A stretch of 64,000 bases of DNA from Micavibrio sp. UBA2400 (GCA_002343265.1 DDSC01000018.1:124945-188944), one strand, 5' to 3'. Shown: positions 1-10,091, numbered from the stretch's first letter. The notes: generated by a model not told the origin, from the letters alone. Program-made: numbers and translations.

Positions 1-1612
1 CGCGGGTAAAGGCACTATCGGGTGGCAGCGGCAACAGCAGCGAGCGCCACTCGGTGGCCGGAGCCTCGCTGCGGATAAAAGTTTGTCCGGCCTGTTGCAC
101 CTCGGCGATCAGACGGGTGACCAGCTCGCCTTGCCCACGACTGCGTAGAACCTCGAGAGCCTCCTCACCAACCGCGCGTTGCGGCACGCCAAGCTTGAGG
201 GCAGCCGCGAGAAAGGCTGTCACGCTACCCAACGTATCCGGCTGCAACAGGCGCGGTGATAAGGCAGGACGAAGCGCTGGATGCTCGGCCAGTATGTGCT
301 GCAAAAGAGGCCAGTCACGGGCGCGTGCCGGTAATTCCGCGGGGACCTCGACCTCCGGTTCGCTCACATGCAGCAGCGACAGCTCCACCTTGGTGCCCGG
401 CTCCATTGGCGCGCGCCCCGACAGCACCAGCAACCCAGCGGGGGATGTGGCCAGCGGCTCGCCTTGCGGTGTTTGCCCCACCACAATGGCGCTAAAGACG
501 GGCGGTGCACTTGCTGTTAAAGCTGCGCCAGAGACTAGCGGTGGCACAGCGGATGGCGTGGAAATGGCGGAGCTAGCCGTAGGTGGCGGCGGCACACTGA
601 CCTGTTCGACCTGCACCGTCACACTTGCGCCCGGCGGCAAGGTGAGGAGAGCCGGCAAACTGGCAAAGGCAGGAGTTGGCCGGGCAAGCCCCGGTGCCGT
701 ACTGGCTAGGCTGGGGAGCTGCGCTGGAGTCGCGGGCAGCGGTGGCGTGAGAATATCCGGCGGCAGCTTGGACAGAATCTCGCTTAACCCTTGCGGTAGC
801 AAGGCGCGCAAAGCGGGCGCACCCGCCGTCTGCAGCTCAGCAAACAGCGCGGCAGACGCCGGCAGTGATGGGGCCGATAGTACTTGACCGGGTTTGGCCA
901 TACCAAGCTCTGGTAAAGCAAGCACCTGCGCCGGGAGCACCGTACCGGGAATGAGCGGCAGCGCACCGATGGCCTGCGTAGCCGAAAGTGCGGGCAGCGC
1001 CGTGGCCGAACTGAGCAAGGGAGCGGTGCCGGGGGCACTGTGCGTGAGATGAGTAGAAGTAACGGGCGCTGCGGGACGTGCAGCCCCCCCAATAACAGGA
1101 GGGATGCTGGTTGGCGAAGTGGCCGGATTTGGTAGCGACGGCGCAGCCAAAGGAGAACCGAGAGGGGAACCTAGTGGGGAACCCTGAGGTGTGGAGGCTG
1201 GCGCGGTGAGAACAGGTGCCGCGCCAGATGCTGCAACGGAGGGTGTTGGTGTCGGAGATTGCGATGAGGCAAGCAGCGCGGGCGGTAACTGAAGCGCGGG
1301 TGCAGCAACGCTCACCTGCGCACGTACAGGTGGTGCGCCGGGTGGGATTTGCAGAGTGAGTACTTTATCGAGCGGGAGCGGGGTTTGACTGCGGATAATC
1401 AGCTCGCCCACTTGCGTACGCAGCACCAGTGCCCCACCGGGCTGCTGATCGACGACCATGCCACTGAGGATGATATTGCGCGTGAGCTGCGCAATGCGGC
1501 TTGGCACCTGCTCGACCACCACATCGCCGAGCGCTTGCACCTGCGGCAAGGCCCCAGACGGAATCGCACCAGCCGTGCTGGTAGCGACAGGAGGTGGCGG
1601 AGTAACGGCCAT
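1..1612 (-). CDS. Proline/alanine-rich protein, 5' part only (start ATG ~1612, runs off the left edge). Possibly a flagellar hook-length-control (FliK-like) or other flagellar accessory protein.
   Basis: Translated by eye from the minus strand: MAVTPPPPVATSTAGAIPSGALPQ... continues with no stop to position 1. Plus-strand ORFs here (54..887 etc.) are Gly/Ser/Arg/Cys-rich, as expected for antisense of a Pro/Ala-rich gene. Lies downstream of flhF-flhG on the same strand. Confidence 0.45.
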   Translation of the reverse strand, partial: MAVTPPPPVATSTAGAIPSGALPQVQALGDVVVEQVPSRIAQLTRNIILSGMVVDQQPGGALVLRTQVGELIIRSQTPLPLDKVLTLQIPPGAPPVRAQVSVAAPALQLPPALLASSQSPTPTPSVAASGAAPVLTAPASTPQGSPLGSPLGSPLAAPSLPNPATSPTSIPPVIGGAARPAAPVTSTHLTHSAPGTAPLLSSATALPALSATQAIGALPLIPGTVLPAQVLALPELGMAKPGQVLSAPSLPASAALFAELQTAGAPALRALLPQGLSEILSKLPPDILTPPLPATPAQLPSLASTAPGLARPTPAFASLPALLTLPPGASVTVQVEQVSVPPPPTASSAISTPSAVPPLVSGAALTASAPPVFSAIVVGQTPQGEPLATSPAGLLVLSGRAPMEPGTKVELSLLHVSEPEVEVPAELPARARDWPLLQHILAEHPALRPALSPRLLQPDTLGSVTAFLAAALKLGVPQRAVGEEALEVLRSRGQGELVTRLIAEVQQAGQTFIRSEAPATEWRSLLLPLPPDSAFTR

Positions 1613-1648
1613 AATATGAACGATAGCAGGCTCAGCAGGAAGGCCAAG

Positions 1649-1975
1649 CTATTTTACAGCCCCCAGCTGCCCTTTGATTTCTGGCACTAATGGTATATCG
1701 CCCCAATCAGCACAGGGGCTGACCCAACCAAGCGTATTGGACCATGTGACAAAAAGACAAAAGCAGAGAGCTAACGCCGCCAGTACTATTAAAACACGTG
1801 CAGTAATTTTTGCCTGCTTTGTCTGACGCCGTAAAAGCCAATAGGCGGTAACACCTAATAAGACTACTGGTAGAGCTGTCAAAGTTATGGGCAGGACTGG
1901 GCTCACGCGACCATAGTCACAGGCATATGCTGACATGGGGGCAAGCAAAAGACTCAAGGCTATACGAATATACAT
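1649..1975 (-). CDS. Small hydrophobic membrane protein (108 aa), hypothetical
   Basis: Complete ORF with 2-3 predicted TM segments; locally lower GC; no recognisable family. Confidence 0.3.
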   Translation of the reverse strand: MYIRIALSLLLAPMSAYACDYGRVSPVLPITLTALPVVLLGVTAYWLLRRQTKQAKITARVLIVLAALALCFCLFVTWSNTLGWVSPCADWGDIPLVPEIKGQLGAVK

Positions 1976-2126
1976 ACTGTTCCTTTAAGAAGACATCTGG
2001 CCCACAGCAACACTCCTTCATACTATCATACACTGCCAGACTGAGCAGAGATCGGGTTATTTACCCTCTAAAAAGTGACCGGCGGTAGTGGGGTAACGGC
2101 CATGGCCGCAGCCTAGCATGACTGGA

Positions 2127-2558
2127 TTATTTGGGGCGAGCGGTTTCGAGCTTTAAAATGCCGTTGCTGTTGCGGTTCAGCGCATGCGCCAGCAACATGG
2201 GGAGACCTTTGATACCCTCACGCACGAGACGGTCATCATCTGTGGCATAAACCTCTACTGTCTCGTCTGTCATGGTACGAGCCTGCATGATCGCATCATC
2301 AAAGCAACGGTAAATCTCAACCCGCGCCAGCTCGTCTTCGCGCAAGGCACACAGCTGCCAGGCGGCGGCTGGAATAATGACCCCGGTTTCTTCCAAAAAT
2401 TCCCGCTCCATAGCCTGCGGCCCGGTTTCGCCAAACTCAATCTTGCCACCGGAGCCGTTGAGCTGCCCGGCCATCCAGTCGGGACGATTTTTACGGATAA
2501 GCGTAATATGTGTTGCCGCTCGGTTAAATGCCAAACCGACAACGTAACCTGTTTTCAC
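2127..2558 (-). CDS. NUDIX hydrolase
   Basis: Nudix box GGKIEFGETGPQAMEREFLEETG (GX5EX7REUXEEXGU). The start overlaps the flhG stop (ATGA). Confidence 0.6.
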   Translation of the reverse strand: MKTGYVVGLAFNRAATHITLIRKNRPDWMAGQLNGSGGKIEFGETGPQAMEREFLEETGVIIPAAAWQLCALREDELARVEIYRCFDDAIMQARTMTDETVEVYATDDDRLVREGIKGLPMLLAHALNRNSNGILKLETARPK

Positions 2559-3358
2559 TTTGGCTCGGCCAGCACGGCGGCAATGCGCTCGACATCTTCG
2601 GCCGCTTCGGTGTTGGGCGAGCGGGTGAGCAGCGGCGACTGGTGGCGGATGGTGTCAGGCACGCGCGGATCGCGGCGGATGATGCCGCCCAGTGACGGGC
2701 TCTTGCCCAAGAAATTCTCGCACGCCTTGAGGATAGTGCTGTAGGTGCGCTCGCCATCCTTCACGGTGCTGGCCTGATTGACGATAATACGGATATCCGC
2801 CGCCGGATTAGTGGCGTAGGTCACCTTGATAAAGGCATAAGCATCGGTAATGGCGGTTGGCTCGTCATTGGTGACGACCAGGGTGGTGCCCGCCGGGCCG
2901 GAGAGCACGCGCACATTGCGGTCGATACCCGCACCGCAGTCGAGCAATACATGGTCGTATTTGGGGGCGATCGCCAGCAGATCATTGCGCAGTTCGCTCA
3001 AGCGCTGGGTGGTAAGCGAGGCGAGCGAGCCGGAACCGCTGCGTCCGGCCACAATCTCAAACCCGCCTGCGGGGTAGCGCTGCGCCACCTGCTCAAGCGT
3101 TGCGGAGCGGTCGATCACCGCGCCAAGGTCGCGCTCGGGCATCAGACCCAACTGAATATCAACGTTAGCCAAGCCAAGATCGCCATCAAACAACAGGACC
3201 TTGCGGCCCATTTTTGACAGCGCTTGTGAAAGGGTAATGGAAAACCATGTCTTGCCCACGCCGCCCTTGCCCGAGGCAATCGCGATAAGATTGCGCCCAC
3301 GCAGCGGCTGGATGGTCGCACTGGGAGTCGCTAACGCGGCGGGTGAGGCATCAGTCAT
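2555..3358 (-). CDS. flhG: MinD/ParA-family ATPase FlhG (flagellar number regulator)
   Basis: Deviant Walker A IASGKGGVGKT, MinD-like length, immediately downstream of flhF with a 4-nt overlap. Confidence 0.7.
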   Translation of the reverse strand: MTDASPAALATPSATIQPLRGRNLIAIASGKGGVGKTWFSITLSQALSKMGRKVLLFDGDLGLANVDIQLGLMPERDLGAVIDRSATLEQVAQRYPAGGFEIVAGRSGSGSLASLTTQRLSELRNDLLAIAPKYDHVLLDCGAGIDRNVRVLSGPAGTTLVVTNDEPTAITDAYAFIKVTYATNPAADIRIIVNQASTVKDGERTYSTILKACENFLGKSPSLGGIIRRDPRVPDTIRHQSPLLTRSPNTEAAEDVERIAAVLAEPK

Positions 3359-4353
3359 GAATGGGTTCCTGTCTGAGCATTAACCTTTTGTTCACTTTCC
3401 GGCAAGAGCATCCGTGCAAGCGCCATCGGATTCAGTGGCGCGAGTGGCACCGTCACACTACTGGACGCTCCGGCATCACAGAAACGCAAACGGCCACGCC
3501 ACGCTGCCGCCAGTAGCGAACCCAAGCGACGCGCCATATCTAGCCGAGTCGCGAGCAGTCGCGATGCGCCAGCGGCGGCAAAAGCGGTAGCCACCTCCGC
3601 TGACTCTGCGGCATCCAACCCGGCGGGTAAGACCAGCACCGCCTCGGCCTTGATCTGCTTGATGGTGCGGCCAAGCTGGCCCAGCGCCTGCGGGTCATAG
3701 GGATTTTGCCCGGCGGTATCGATGAGAATCTGCTGCGCATCCTTGCGGACCGACAGCGCATCGGGCAGTGCGCCAAAATCTTCCACCTCAAGCAGGTCAA
3801 CTTTCAGCAGACGAGTGAAGGCTGCCAGCTGTTCGATCCCTCCTGCGCGGTCGGTATCGGTGGTAATCACGCTCACGGGCTGACCCTTGAGCGCAAGGCG
3901 CGTGGCCAGCTTGGCGATGCTCAATGTTTTCCCGGCGCCGGGTGGGCCGACCAGCATGATGGGGCGCTCGGCCCGGCCCTCGGGCAGCGGTTGAAATGAG
4001 AAGGTGGCATCGAGCGCGGCGCCGAGCGCCAGAATGGGCTGCTCAAGATCAAACGCTTGCAGGGTATCGGTAAGATGTTCGATCAGATCGCGCGGTACCG
4101 AATGATGCTCCAGTGCCTGCACCACCTGATCGATGGCGTCCTGACTTTCCGGCTCCAACGCCTCATCTTCAAAATAGGGCGTGGCGGTGGGCGGCGGCGC
4201 GGGCGGCAGTGGGCTATCGTCAAGCGCGGCGGTGACGCGCACCTCGCCCCCCTCCTCGCGTGTGGCGACAATAATGGCGTTCTCGCCAAGGGCTTTACGC
4301 ACCTCGGCCATTGCATCGGACAGGGTCTTGGCGGTGAACGACTTCAGACGCAT
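3355..4353 (-). CDS. flhF: Flagellar biosynthesis SRP-type GTPase FlhF
   Basis: G-domain motifs GPPGAGKTLS, DTDR, DTAG, TRLD; N-terminal basic domain typical of FlhF. Confidence 0.8.
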   Translation of the reverse strand: MRLKSFTAKTLSDAMAEVRKALGENAIIVATREEGGEVRVTAALDDSPLPPAPPPTATPYFEDEALEPESQDAIDQVVQALEHHSVPRDLIEHLTDTLQAFDLEQPILALGAALDATFSFQPLPEGRAERPIMLVGPPGAGKTLSIAKLATRLALKGQPVSVITTDTDRAGGIEQLAAFTRLLKVDLLEVEDFGALPDALSVRKDAQQILIDTAGQNPYDPQALGQLGRTIKQIKAEAVLVLPAGLDAAESAEVATAFAAAGASRLLATRLDMARRLGSLLAAAWRGRLRFCDAGASSSVTVPLAPLNPMALARMLLPESEQKVNAQTGTHS

Positions 4354-4666
4354 AACGACTCCACTTCAAACAATAGCTTACCTTGCCGCAAACGCCAAAG
4401 GCTTCTTGCGGGTGGGGATAATTTCAAACCTTGTCCCTTAACGGCTTGGCAGGGCCCGGCTTGCACCATGGCCCTCATCGCGGGAGGGCGTTTATGACGG
4501 GAAAGTATTGCCAAAGTCTGAATCGCAGGGGGGATCTCTTAATTATCTTCAGGTGTCTGCTATGCAAATTTCGAACAGGAATTTTAAGGATTTTTTCAAC
4601 CTCGCCCGCCTCTGTTAACTTCTCCAGGCTTGCAATTGGCCGCCCGGTTTTTCTAAACTCGCCGCC

Positions 4667-5380
4667 ATGGCTTATGTAACTCCGGATTTTAATGCGCTGA
4701 CAGCACTGCTGCGCGCGCATACGGCTCCCAAAATTGGGGCAGAGTTGAGCGAGAAGCTCAATGTGCGTCCGTTTGATACGGCAGCTGGAGCAGAAATCGC
4801 AAGAGCATGGCAACCGCTTTCAGATGCGCATGACAATCCAGAGCAGAAAGAGTGGCGTGACATCGCCTATCTGCGACGTCAGATAGGATTCGCTGAGGTG
4901 ACGGAATCTTACAGTATCTGGCAGCAGCAGAATGTGATTGGTGTCTGTATCATCAACGCATTAGGTGATCGCTGGGCCGATATGATGAAGGTCTGCCTGA
5001 TCGCGTCCTGTCCCGGCCCACATGTTTTAAAAGGCTGTCTGCTAGCTAGCTGCCATCCGCTTAATCTGCATCTGGCCAAACAGAGCGGTGATAGCACTTT
5101 ACTCTATCACGGCGGTTTTTCAGCTGGATCCGTGATGCAGGCCGAGCGTGGTGCATTGCCGGGGCTGACCGAGTGTGCTCGCAACAGTATGTGGCTCGGC
5201 AACTCGGTGCATATCGCCGTCGATCCGACCAGCGATACCGACCCGCTGCACCAACCAGGGGCGAGTACACCACCACGCACCATCTCGGCTCAGTATTATG
5301 CCGCCGCTTATCAGAAACTATTTGGCTATCCATATACGCCCCCTTTCCGCACACTACATACCGCACCAGCCTGCCCCTGA
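4667..5380 (+). CDS. Hypothetical protein (237 aa), Cys-rich, lower-GC
   Basis: Complete ORF, no recognisable motifs, GC visibly below flanking flagellar genes. Confidence 0.3.
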   Translation: MAYVTPDFNALTALLRAHTAPKIGAELSEKLNVRPFDTAAGAEIARAWQPLSDAHDNPEQKEWRDIAYLRRQIGFAEVTESYSIWQQQNVIGVCIINALGDRWADMMKVCLIASCPGPHVLKGCLLASCHPLNLHLAKQSGDSTLLYHGGFSAGSVMQAERGALPGLTECARNSMWLGNSVHIAVDPTSDTDPLHQPGASTPPRTISAQYYAAAYQKLFGYPYTPPFRTLHTAPACP

Positions 5381-5455
5381 TACCTTCTGCCACAGTCAGC
5401 ACTCTTGCACGCTCCGCCAAGTGGGATTAGCGTTACCGCATCAAGGAGGCCCCTT

Positions 5456-5908
5456 ATGCGCCACATTCTCCTCACTCTCACCCTATTGCTCGCCGCACCC
5501 TACGCGCTGGCTGAGAGTACAGCCGCCCCTTCGTCTGAAGTCCATGTATACAAATCGCCCTATTGCGGTTGCTGCGGCAACTGGGTGGAGTATATGCGCA
5601 AGCAAGGCTTTACTGTGACGGTGGAAGAAAAAGAGGATATGAGCCCGATCAAGCAGAGCCTGAACGTGCCGGATGAAATGCAGAGCTGCCACACCTCCAC
5701 CATCGGCGGTTATGTGATTGAAGGTCATGTACCCGCAGAGGATATCCGCCGCCTGCTAAAGGAAAAACCCGATGCTATCGGTCTGGCCGCCCCGGGTATG
5801 CCACAAACATCACCGGGGATGGATGTGGCAGGCAGCACCGAGGCTTATGACGTGCTGTTATTTAAGGCCGATGGCAGTACGCAGATATTTGCGCACCATA
5901 AACCGTAA
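5456..5908 (+). CDS. DUF411-family periplasmic metal-binding protein (CopG-like)
   Basis: Perfect SD AAGGAGG 6 nt before ATG 5456; signal peptide; conserved YxSPxCGCC motif of DUF411. Confidence 0.6.
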   Translation: MRHILLTLTLLLAAPYALAESTAAPSSEVHVYKSPYCGCCGNWVEYMRKQGFTVTVEEKEDMSPIKQSLNVPDEMQSCHTSTIGGYVIEGHVPAEDIRRLLKEKPDAIGLAAPGMPQTSPGMDVAGSTEAYDVLLFKADGSTQIFAHHKP

Positions 5909-5952
5909 ATGCTGGCTAGACAGGTACTGCGGGCATCTTTACCCTGCAGCGC

Positions 5953-6525
5953 ATGAGAATAGGACACCCCACCCGCGCCGCGACACGTGGCTTTAACCTC
6001 ATTGAAGCCGCGATCGTGCTGGGTGTGATCGGCCTTGTTCTTGGCGGCATCTGGATTTCGGCCAATGCTTTGCGTACCCGTATGCAAATGGCGGATATCC
6101 AAAGCATGGTCGTGACGGCCCGCGCGGGGGCGCAAAACCTGTTCCGCTCGCAGTGTCTGAGCGCCAGCAACCTCACGGATACGCTTCATCTCGCCGGGCT
6201 GGTACCCGCGTCGAGCTATGATGCGGGTAATGTTGCCGTCTCTTTGCCGTGGACCGGTTCCTATATGCAGTATCTGACCGGGGGTGGCGTGTCCTGTACC
6301 GAAGAGTTCTGGGTTGATATGTATAACCTGCCCGTCTCACCCTGCATTGAACTGGTCAGCCGCATTTCTTCAGCCGTTCCGCCGGGCGACTTGTTGGACA
6401 TTGAGGTGACCGGTAGCGGCACGACTAACCTCACAACATTTCCGGTATCTCCAGCCGCAGCAACAGCCGCCTGTACCGACCCGACGTCCAACGACGTCCA
6501 GTTCAAGCTCAAATCTTTCCGCTAA
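5953..6525 (+). CDS. Prepilin-type N-terminal cleavage/methylation domain protein (type IV pilin or pseudopilin-like)
   Basis: Class III signal: leader MRIGHPTRAATRG / FNLIEAAIVLGVIGLV with Phe+1 and Glu+5, followed by a hydrophobic helix. Confidence 0.55.
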   Translation: MRIGHPTRAATRGFNLIEAAIVLGVIGLVLGGIWISANALRTRMQMADIQSMVVTARAGAQNLFRSQCLSASNLTDTLHLAGLVPASSYDAGNVAVSLPWTGSYMQYLTGGGVSCTEEFWVDMYNLPVSPCIELVSRISSAVPPGDLLDIEVTGSGTTNLTTFPVSPAAATAACTDPTSNDVQFKLKSFR

Positions 6526-6540
6526 GTCAAACCGCGCCGA

Positions 6541-8673
6541 TCAGACCTGTCCCATGGTCTTGATCTTGGCTTTGGCGTGGATTTCGTTTTGCGAGAGCAC
6601 GGCGGTGGCACCACGGAAGCGTTCAACCACCGAGCGCACATAAGGGCGAATAGCCGGGCTGGTGAGCAGCACCGGGGTTTCACCCATCATGGCAAAGCGC
6701 TCGAAGGTTTGGCGCACCGCGTTGATGAAATCCTGCAGACGGGAGGGCGCCATGGCCAGCTGCTTGTCCTCGCCATCGCCAACCAACGATTGGGCAAACT
6801 CGGTTTCCCATTGCGGGCTGAGGGTGACCAGCGGAATGAACCCGGCCTCGCTGGTATATTGGTGACTAAGCTGGCGGGCCAGACGCGCCCGCACATGCTC
6901 GGTAATAGCCGTGACGTTGCGGGTATAACCACACGCCTCGGCAATGCCTTCCAGAATGGCGGGCAGATCGCGGATGCTGACCCGCTCGGCCAGAAGATTT
7001 TGCAAAATACGCTGCAGGGCGCCAATGGTCACCTGTGAGGGGATGACATCAGCCACCAGTTTTTGCTGCGGCTTATCGAGCTCATCAAGCAGCTTTTGCG
7101 TTTCGGCATGGCTCAGCAGCTCGGGCATATTGTCCTTCACCACTTCGGTCAGGTGCGTAGTAATGACGGTGGGCGGATCGACCACGGTATAGCCCTTGAA
7201 CAGCGCCTCATCGCGGAAGGACGGGTCCACCCACATGGCGGGCAGGCCAAAGGTAGGCTCGCGTGTGGCCTCGCCGGGGATGGTAATAGTCTCACCGCGC
7301 GGGTCCATCACCAGTAGCATGGTGGGGCGGATCTCCCCCTTGCCGACTTCAATTTCCTTCACCCGCACCACATAGCCATTGGGCGGGAGCTGCAGATTGT
7401 CCTGAATACGCACCGAAGGCATAATGAAACCCATCTCACCGGCCATCTGGCGGCGCAGACCCTTGATCTGATCGGTCAGGCGCTTGCCCTGCTCGCTGTT
7501 GATGAGCGGCAGCAGGCCGTAGCCCAGCTCCAGCCGGATCAGATCGATGGCCAGTGCCGTGGCAATCGGCTCTTCCGCAACGACCGGTTTCTTCTTGGCG
7601 GCCTCGACCTCGACGGCCTTCTTCTTGGTCTGCTCGGCCTGCACGCGCGAAAAATGCCAAGCGCCATAGCCCGCTGCCGCCGAGAGCAGCAGGAACGGCA
7701 ATTTGGGCATCCCCGGCAGCACGGCCAGAAACAGCATCAGGAACGCCGACAGGCCTAGCGCCTTGGGATAGAGCGTGAGCTGGCTTACCAGGGCTTTTTC
7801 GGCGGACCCCCCCACACCGGCCTTGGACACCAGCAGACCCGCGGCCACCGAGACGATCAGCGCGGGCACCTGCGTAACCAGACCATCACCCACCGTCAGA
7901 CGGGTATAGACATCAAACGCCTGCCCAAGGTCGAGGTCATGGCGCACGGCGCCAATGATGACCCCCATGACAATGTTGATGAAGGTAATGATCAACCCGG
8001 CAATCGCATCACCGCGTACAAACTTGGCAGCACCATCCATCGAGCCGAAAAAGGCGCTTTCGTCTTCCAGCTCTTTGCGCCGGGTACGGGCCTGCTCCTC
8101 GTTGATCAGACCCGCCGAGAGATCCGCATCAATCGCCATCTGCTTGCCGGGCATGGCATCCAAACTGAACCGGGCCGACACTTCAGCAATACGGCCCGAC
8201 CCTTTGGTGATGACAACGAAGTTGACCACCACCAGAATGGCAAACACCACCAGTCCGATAATGAAATCCCCCGCCATGACCAGACCCGAGAAGGCCTCGA
8301 TCACATGTCCCGCCGCGCTGGTGCCGCTATGGCCGTGCGTAAGAATCAGGCGGGTAGAAGCGATATTGAGAGCCAGACGAATGAGAGTGGAGACCAGCAG
8401 AATGGTCGGAAACGAGCTGAACTCCAGAGGCCGTCCGACAAACAGCGCGATCATCAGGATGACGACCGAGAAGGTAATGGAGAAGGCCAGGAAGACATCA
8501 AGCAGCGGGGCCGGGATCGGAAAGATCATGCCCACCACGATGGCAACCACAAACAGCGCCACCAACAGATCGGGACGGCGCGACCAGCCACGCGCCACAC
8601 TTGCGCCGTCCATCAGACTGGCGAAGCTGGCCCCTCCGGTAGGGGGGGGAGTGGTGGTTGGCACGTCAGCCAT
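6541..8673 (-). CDS. flhA: Flagellar biosynthesis protein FlhA
   Basis: 710 aa, N-terminal 8-TM export-gate domain plus cytoplasmic domain; strong resemblance to FlhA. Confidence 0.9.
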   Translation of the reverse strand: MADVPTTTPPPTGGASFASLMDGASVARGWSRRPDLLVALFVVAIVVGMIFPIPAPLLDVFLAFSITFSVVILMIALFVGRPLEFSSFPTILLVSTLIRLALNIASTRLILTHGHSGTSAAGHVIEAFSGLVMAGDFIIGLVVFAILVVVNFVVITKGSGRIAEVSARFSLDAMPGKQMAIDADLSAGLINEEQARTRRKELEDESAFFGSMDGAAKFVRGDAIAGLIITFINIVMGVIIGAVRHDLDLGQAFDVYTRLTVGDGLVTQVPALIVSVAAGLLVSKAGVGGSAEKALVSQLTLYPKALGLSAFLMLFLAVLPGMPKLPFLLLSAAAGYGAWHFSRVQAEQTKKKAVEVEAAKKKPVVAEEPIATALAIDLIRLELGYGLLPLINSEQGKRLTDQIKGLRRQMAGEMGFIMPSVRIQDNLQLPPNGYVVRVKEIEVGKGEIRPTMLLVMDPRGETITIPGEATREPTFGLPAMWVDPSFRDEALFKGYTVVDPPTVITTHLTEVVKDNMPELLSHAETQKLLDELDKPQQKLVADVIPSQVTIGALQRILQNLLAERVSIRDLPAILEGIAEACGYTRNVTAITEHVRARLARQLSHQYTSEAGFIPLVTLSPQWETEFAQSLVGDGEDKQLAMAPSRLQDFINAVRQTFERFAMMGETPVLLTSPAIRPYVRSVVERFRGATAVLSQNEIHAKAKIKTMGQV

Positions 8674-8682
8674 GTATCCTCA

Positions 8683-10071
8683 TCACCCCGCCGCGCGGTC
8701 GGCTGGCTCACCCGCTGCCGGTGGGGGGACTGCCACACCCTCTTCCCCATACTGCTTGAGCTTGTTGCGCAAGGTGCGGATGGAGATGCCCAGAATGTTG
8801 GCGGCGTGCGTGCGGTTGCCCAACGTATGGCTAAGGGTGTCGATAATCAGATCACGCTCGACATCGGCTACCGTCCGCCCCACCAGCGAGGCGGGCGTGG
8901 CCGGACCGGCGGCGGCGGTCGGAGCAGGTGCTGCAGGTAGAGCTGTTATGACGGCAGCCCCTTCCGGGTGCAGATCCGTGCTCAGGATAATGGCCTCTGG
9001 CTCGATCGTGCTGCCGGTGGCCAGCAGCACCGCACGATGCAGGGTGTTCTCAAGCTCACGCACATTGCCGCGCCAGCTATGCCGCAACAACATCTCGCGC
9101 GCAGCTGGACTGATCGCACTGACCTTCACCCCGTTCGCGTCGGCATACTTCTTCATGAAATGCTCGGCCAGCGCCGGAATATCGGCCGGGCGCTCGCGCA
9201 AGGCCGGCAGCTTGAGGTTCATGACATTAAGGCGGTAATAAAGATCCTCGCGGAATTCGCCCTTCTTCACGGCTTCGCCCATGTTGCGGTTGGAGGTGGC
9301 GAGAATACGCACATCCACTTTCACCGGCCCACTGCCGCCTACACGGTCGATCTCGCGCTCTTGCAGGGCGCGTAGCAGTTTGGCCTGCAGGCGCGGATGC
9401 ATCTCGGTCACTTCATCAAGCAGCAGCGTGCCGCCCGAGGCCTCCTCAAACTTGCCAACACGGCGGGCAATCGCGCCCGTAAAGGCACCTTTCTCGTGCC
9501 CGAACAGCTCGGACTCGAGCAGATTTTCAGGAATGGCGGCGCAGTTCAGCGCCACAAAAGTGCCATTCGCCCGTTTGCTGCGCGCGTGCAGGTAGCGCGC
9601 CATCACTTCCTTACCGGTACCACTCTCGCCAGTGATGAGGACCGACGCATCCGACGGCGCAATCTGGTCGGCCAGCTTGAGCACACCCTGCATGGCCGGA
9701 TCCTTGCCGATAAAACTGGTTGTCTCTTCGGCAACGGCGGCCAGCACGGCGCCAATCAGCTCAGCATCAGGGGGCAGCGGAATATATTCCTTGGCTCCGG
9801 CCTTGATGGCGCGCACCGCCGCGCCCGCATCGTTGCCAATACCACAGGCAACCAATGGCTGGGTAAAGCGCTCATCCCTCAAGGCTTGCACCAGACGCGC
9901 CACATCGCAGGTGACATCCACCATGATGAGGTCGCCGCCCTTGCCCGCGCGCAGGGCCGCCAGCGCCCCATCGACATCATCGATATGCGCGACCTTGGCC
10001 CCCTTGGCGGTGGCAATGCGCCCGGCCTCGGCAATATGGCCCTGAAGTTTACCAACAATCAGCAGTCTCAT
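8683..10071 (-). CDS. flbD: Sigma-54-dependent flagellar transcriptional regulator FlbD
   Basis: Receiver-like N-term [12 protein letters not shown]+ sigma-54 activator domain ([29 protein letters not shown]), C-terminal HTH; close match to Caulobacter FlbD. Confidence 0.85.
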   Translation of the reverse strand: MRLLIVGKLQGHIAEAGRIATAKGAKVAHIDDVDGALAALRAGKGGDLIMVDVTCDVARLVQALRDERFTQPLVACGIGNDAGAAVRAIKAGAKEYIPLPPDAELIGAVLAAVAEETTSFIGKDPAMQGVLKLADQIAPSDASVLITGESGTGKEVMARYLHARSKRANGTFVALNCAAIPENLLESELFGHEKGAFTGAIARRVGKFEEASGGTLLLDEVTEMHPRLQAKLLRALQEREIDRVGGSGPVKVDVRILATSNRNMGEAVKKGEFREDLYYRLNVMNLKLPALRERPADIPALAEHFMKKYADANGVKVSAISPAAREMLLRHSWRGNVRELENTLHRAVLLATGSTIEPEAIILSTDLHPEGAAVITALPAAPAPTAAAGPATPASLVGRTVADVERDLIIDTLSHTLGNRTHAANILGISIRTLRNKLKQYGEEGVAVPPPAAGEPADRAAG

Positions 10072-10091
10072 CTCTACAGCTTTCTTTGAGC

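Noticed and set aside
54-887. 277-aa plus-strand ORF (and 784..1092 minus, 1349..1690 plus) at the window start
   Set aside because: Gly/Ser/Arg/Cys-rich low-complexity translation typical of the antisense or off-frame reading of a Pro/Ala-rich gene. The minus-strand frame from 1612 gives a coherent protein instead.
7939-9238. Long plus-strand ORFs (333 and 427 aa) inside flhA/flbD
   Set aside because: Antisense shadow ORFs in high-GC DNA with Arg/Ala/Ser-rich junk composition. flhA and flbD on the minus strand are unambiguous.
8683-10071. FlbD receiver domain lacks the usual N-terminal acidic pair (GKLQG instead of DD)
   Set aside because: Considered as a degenerate or pseudo-receiver finding. 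However, this non-canonical receiver is a normal property of FlbD-type regulators in this lineage, so it is not reported as unusual.
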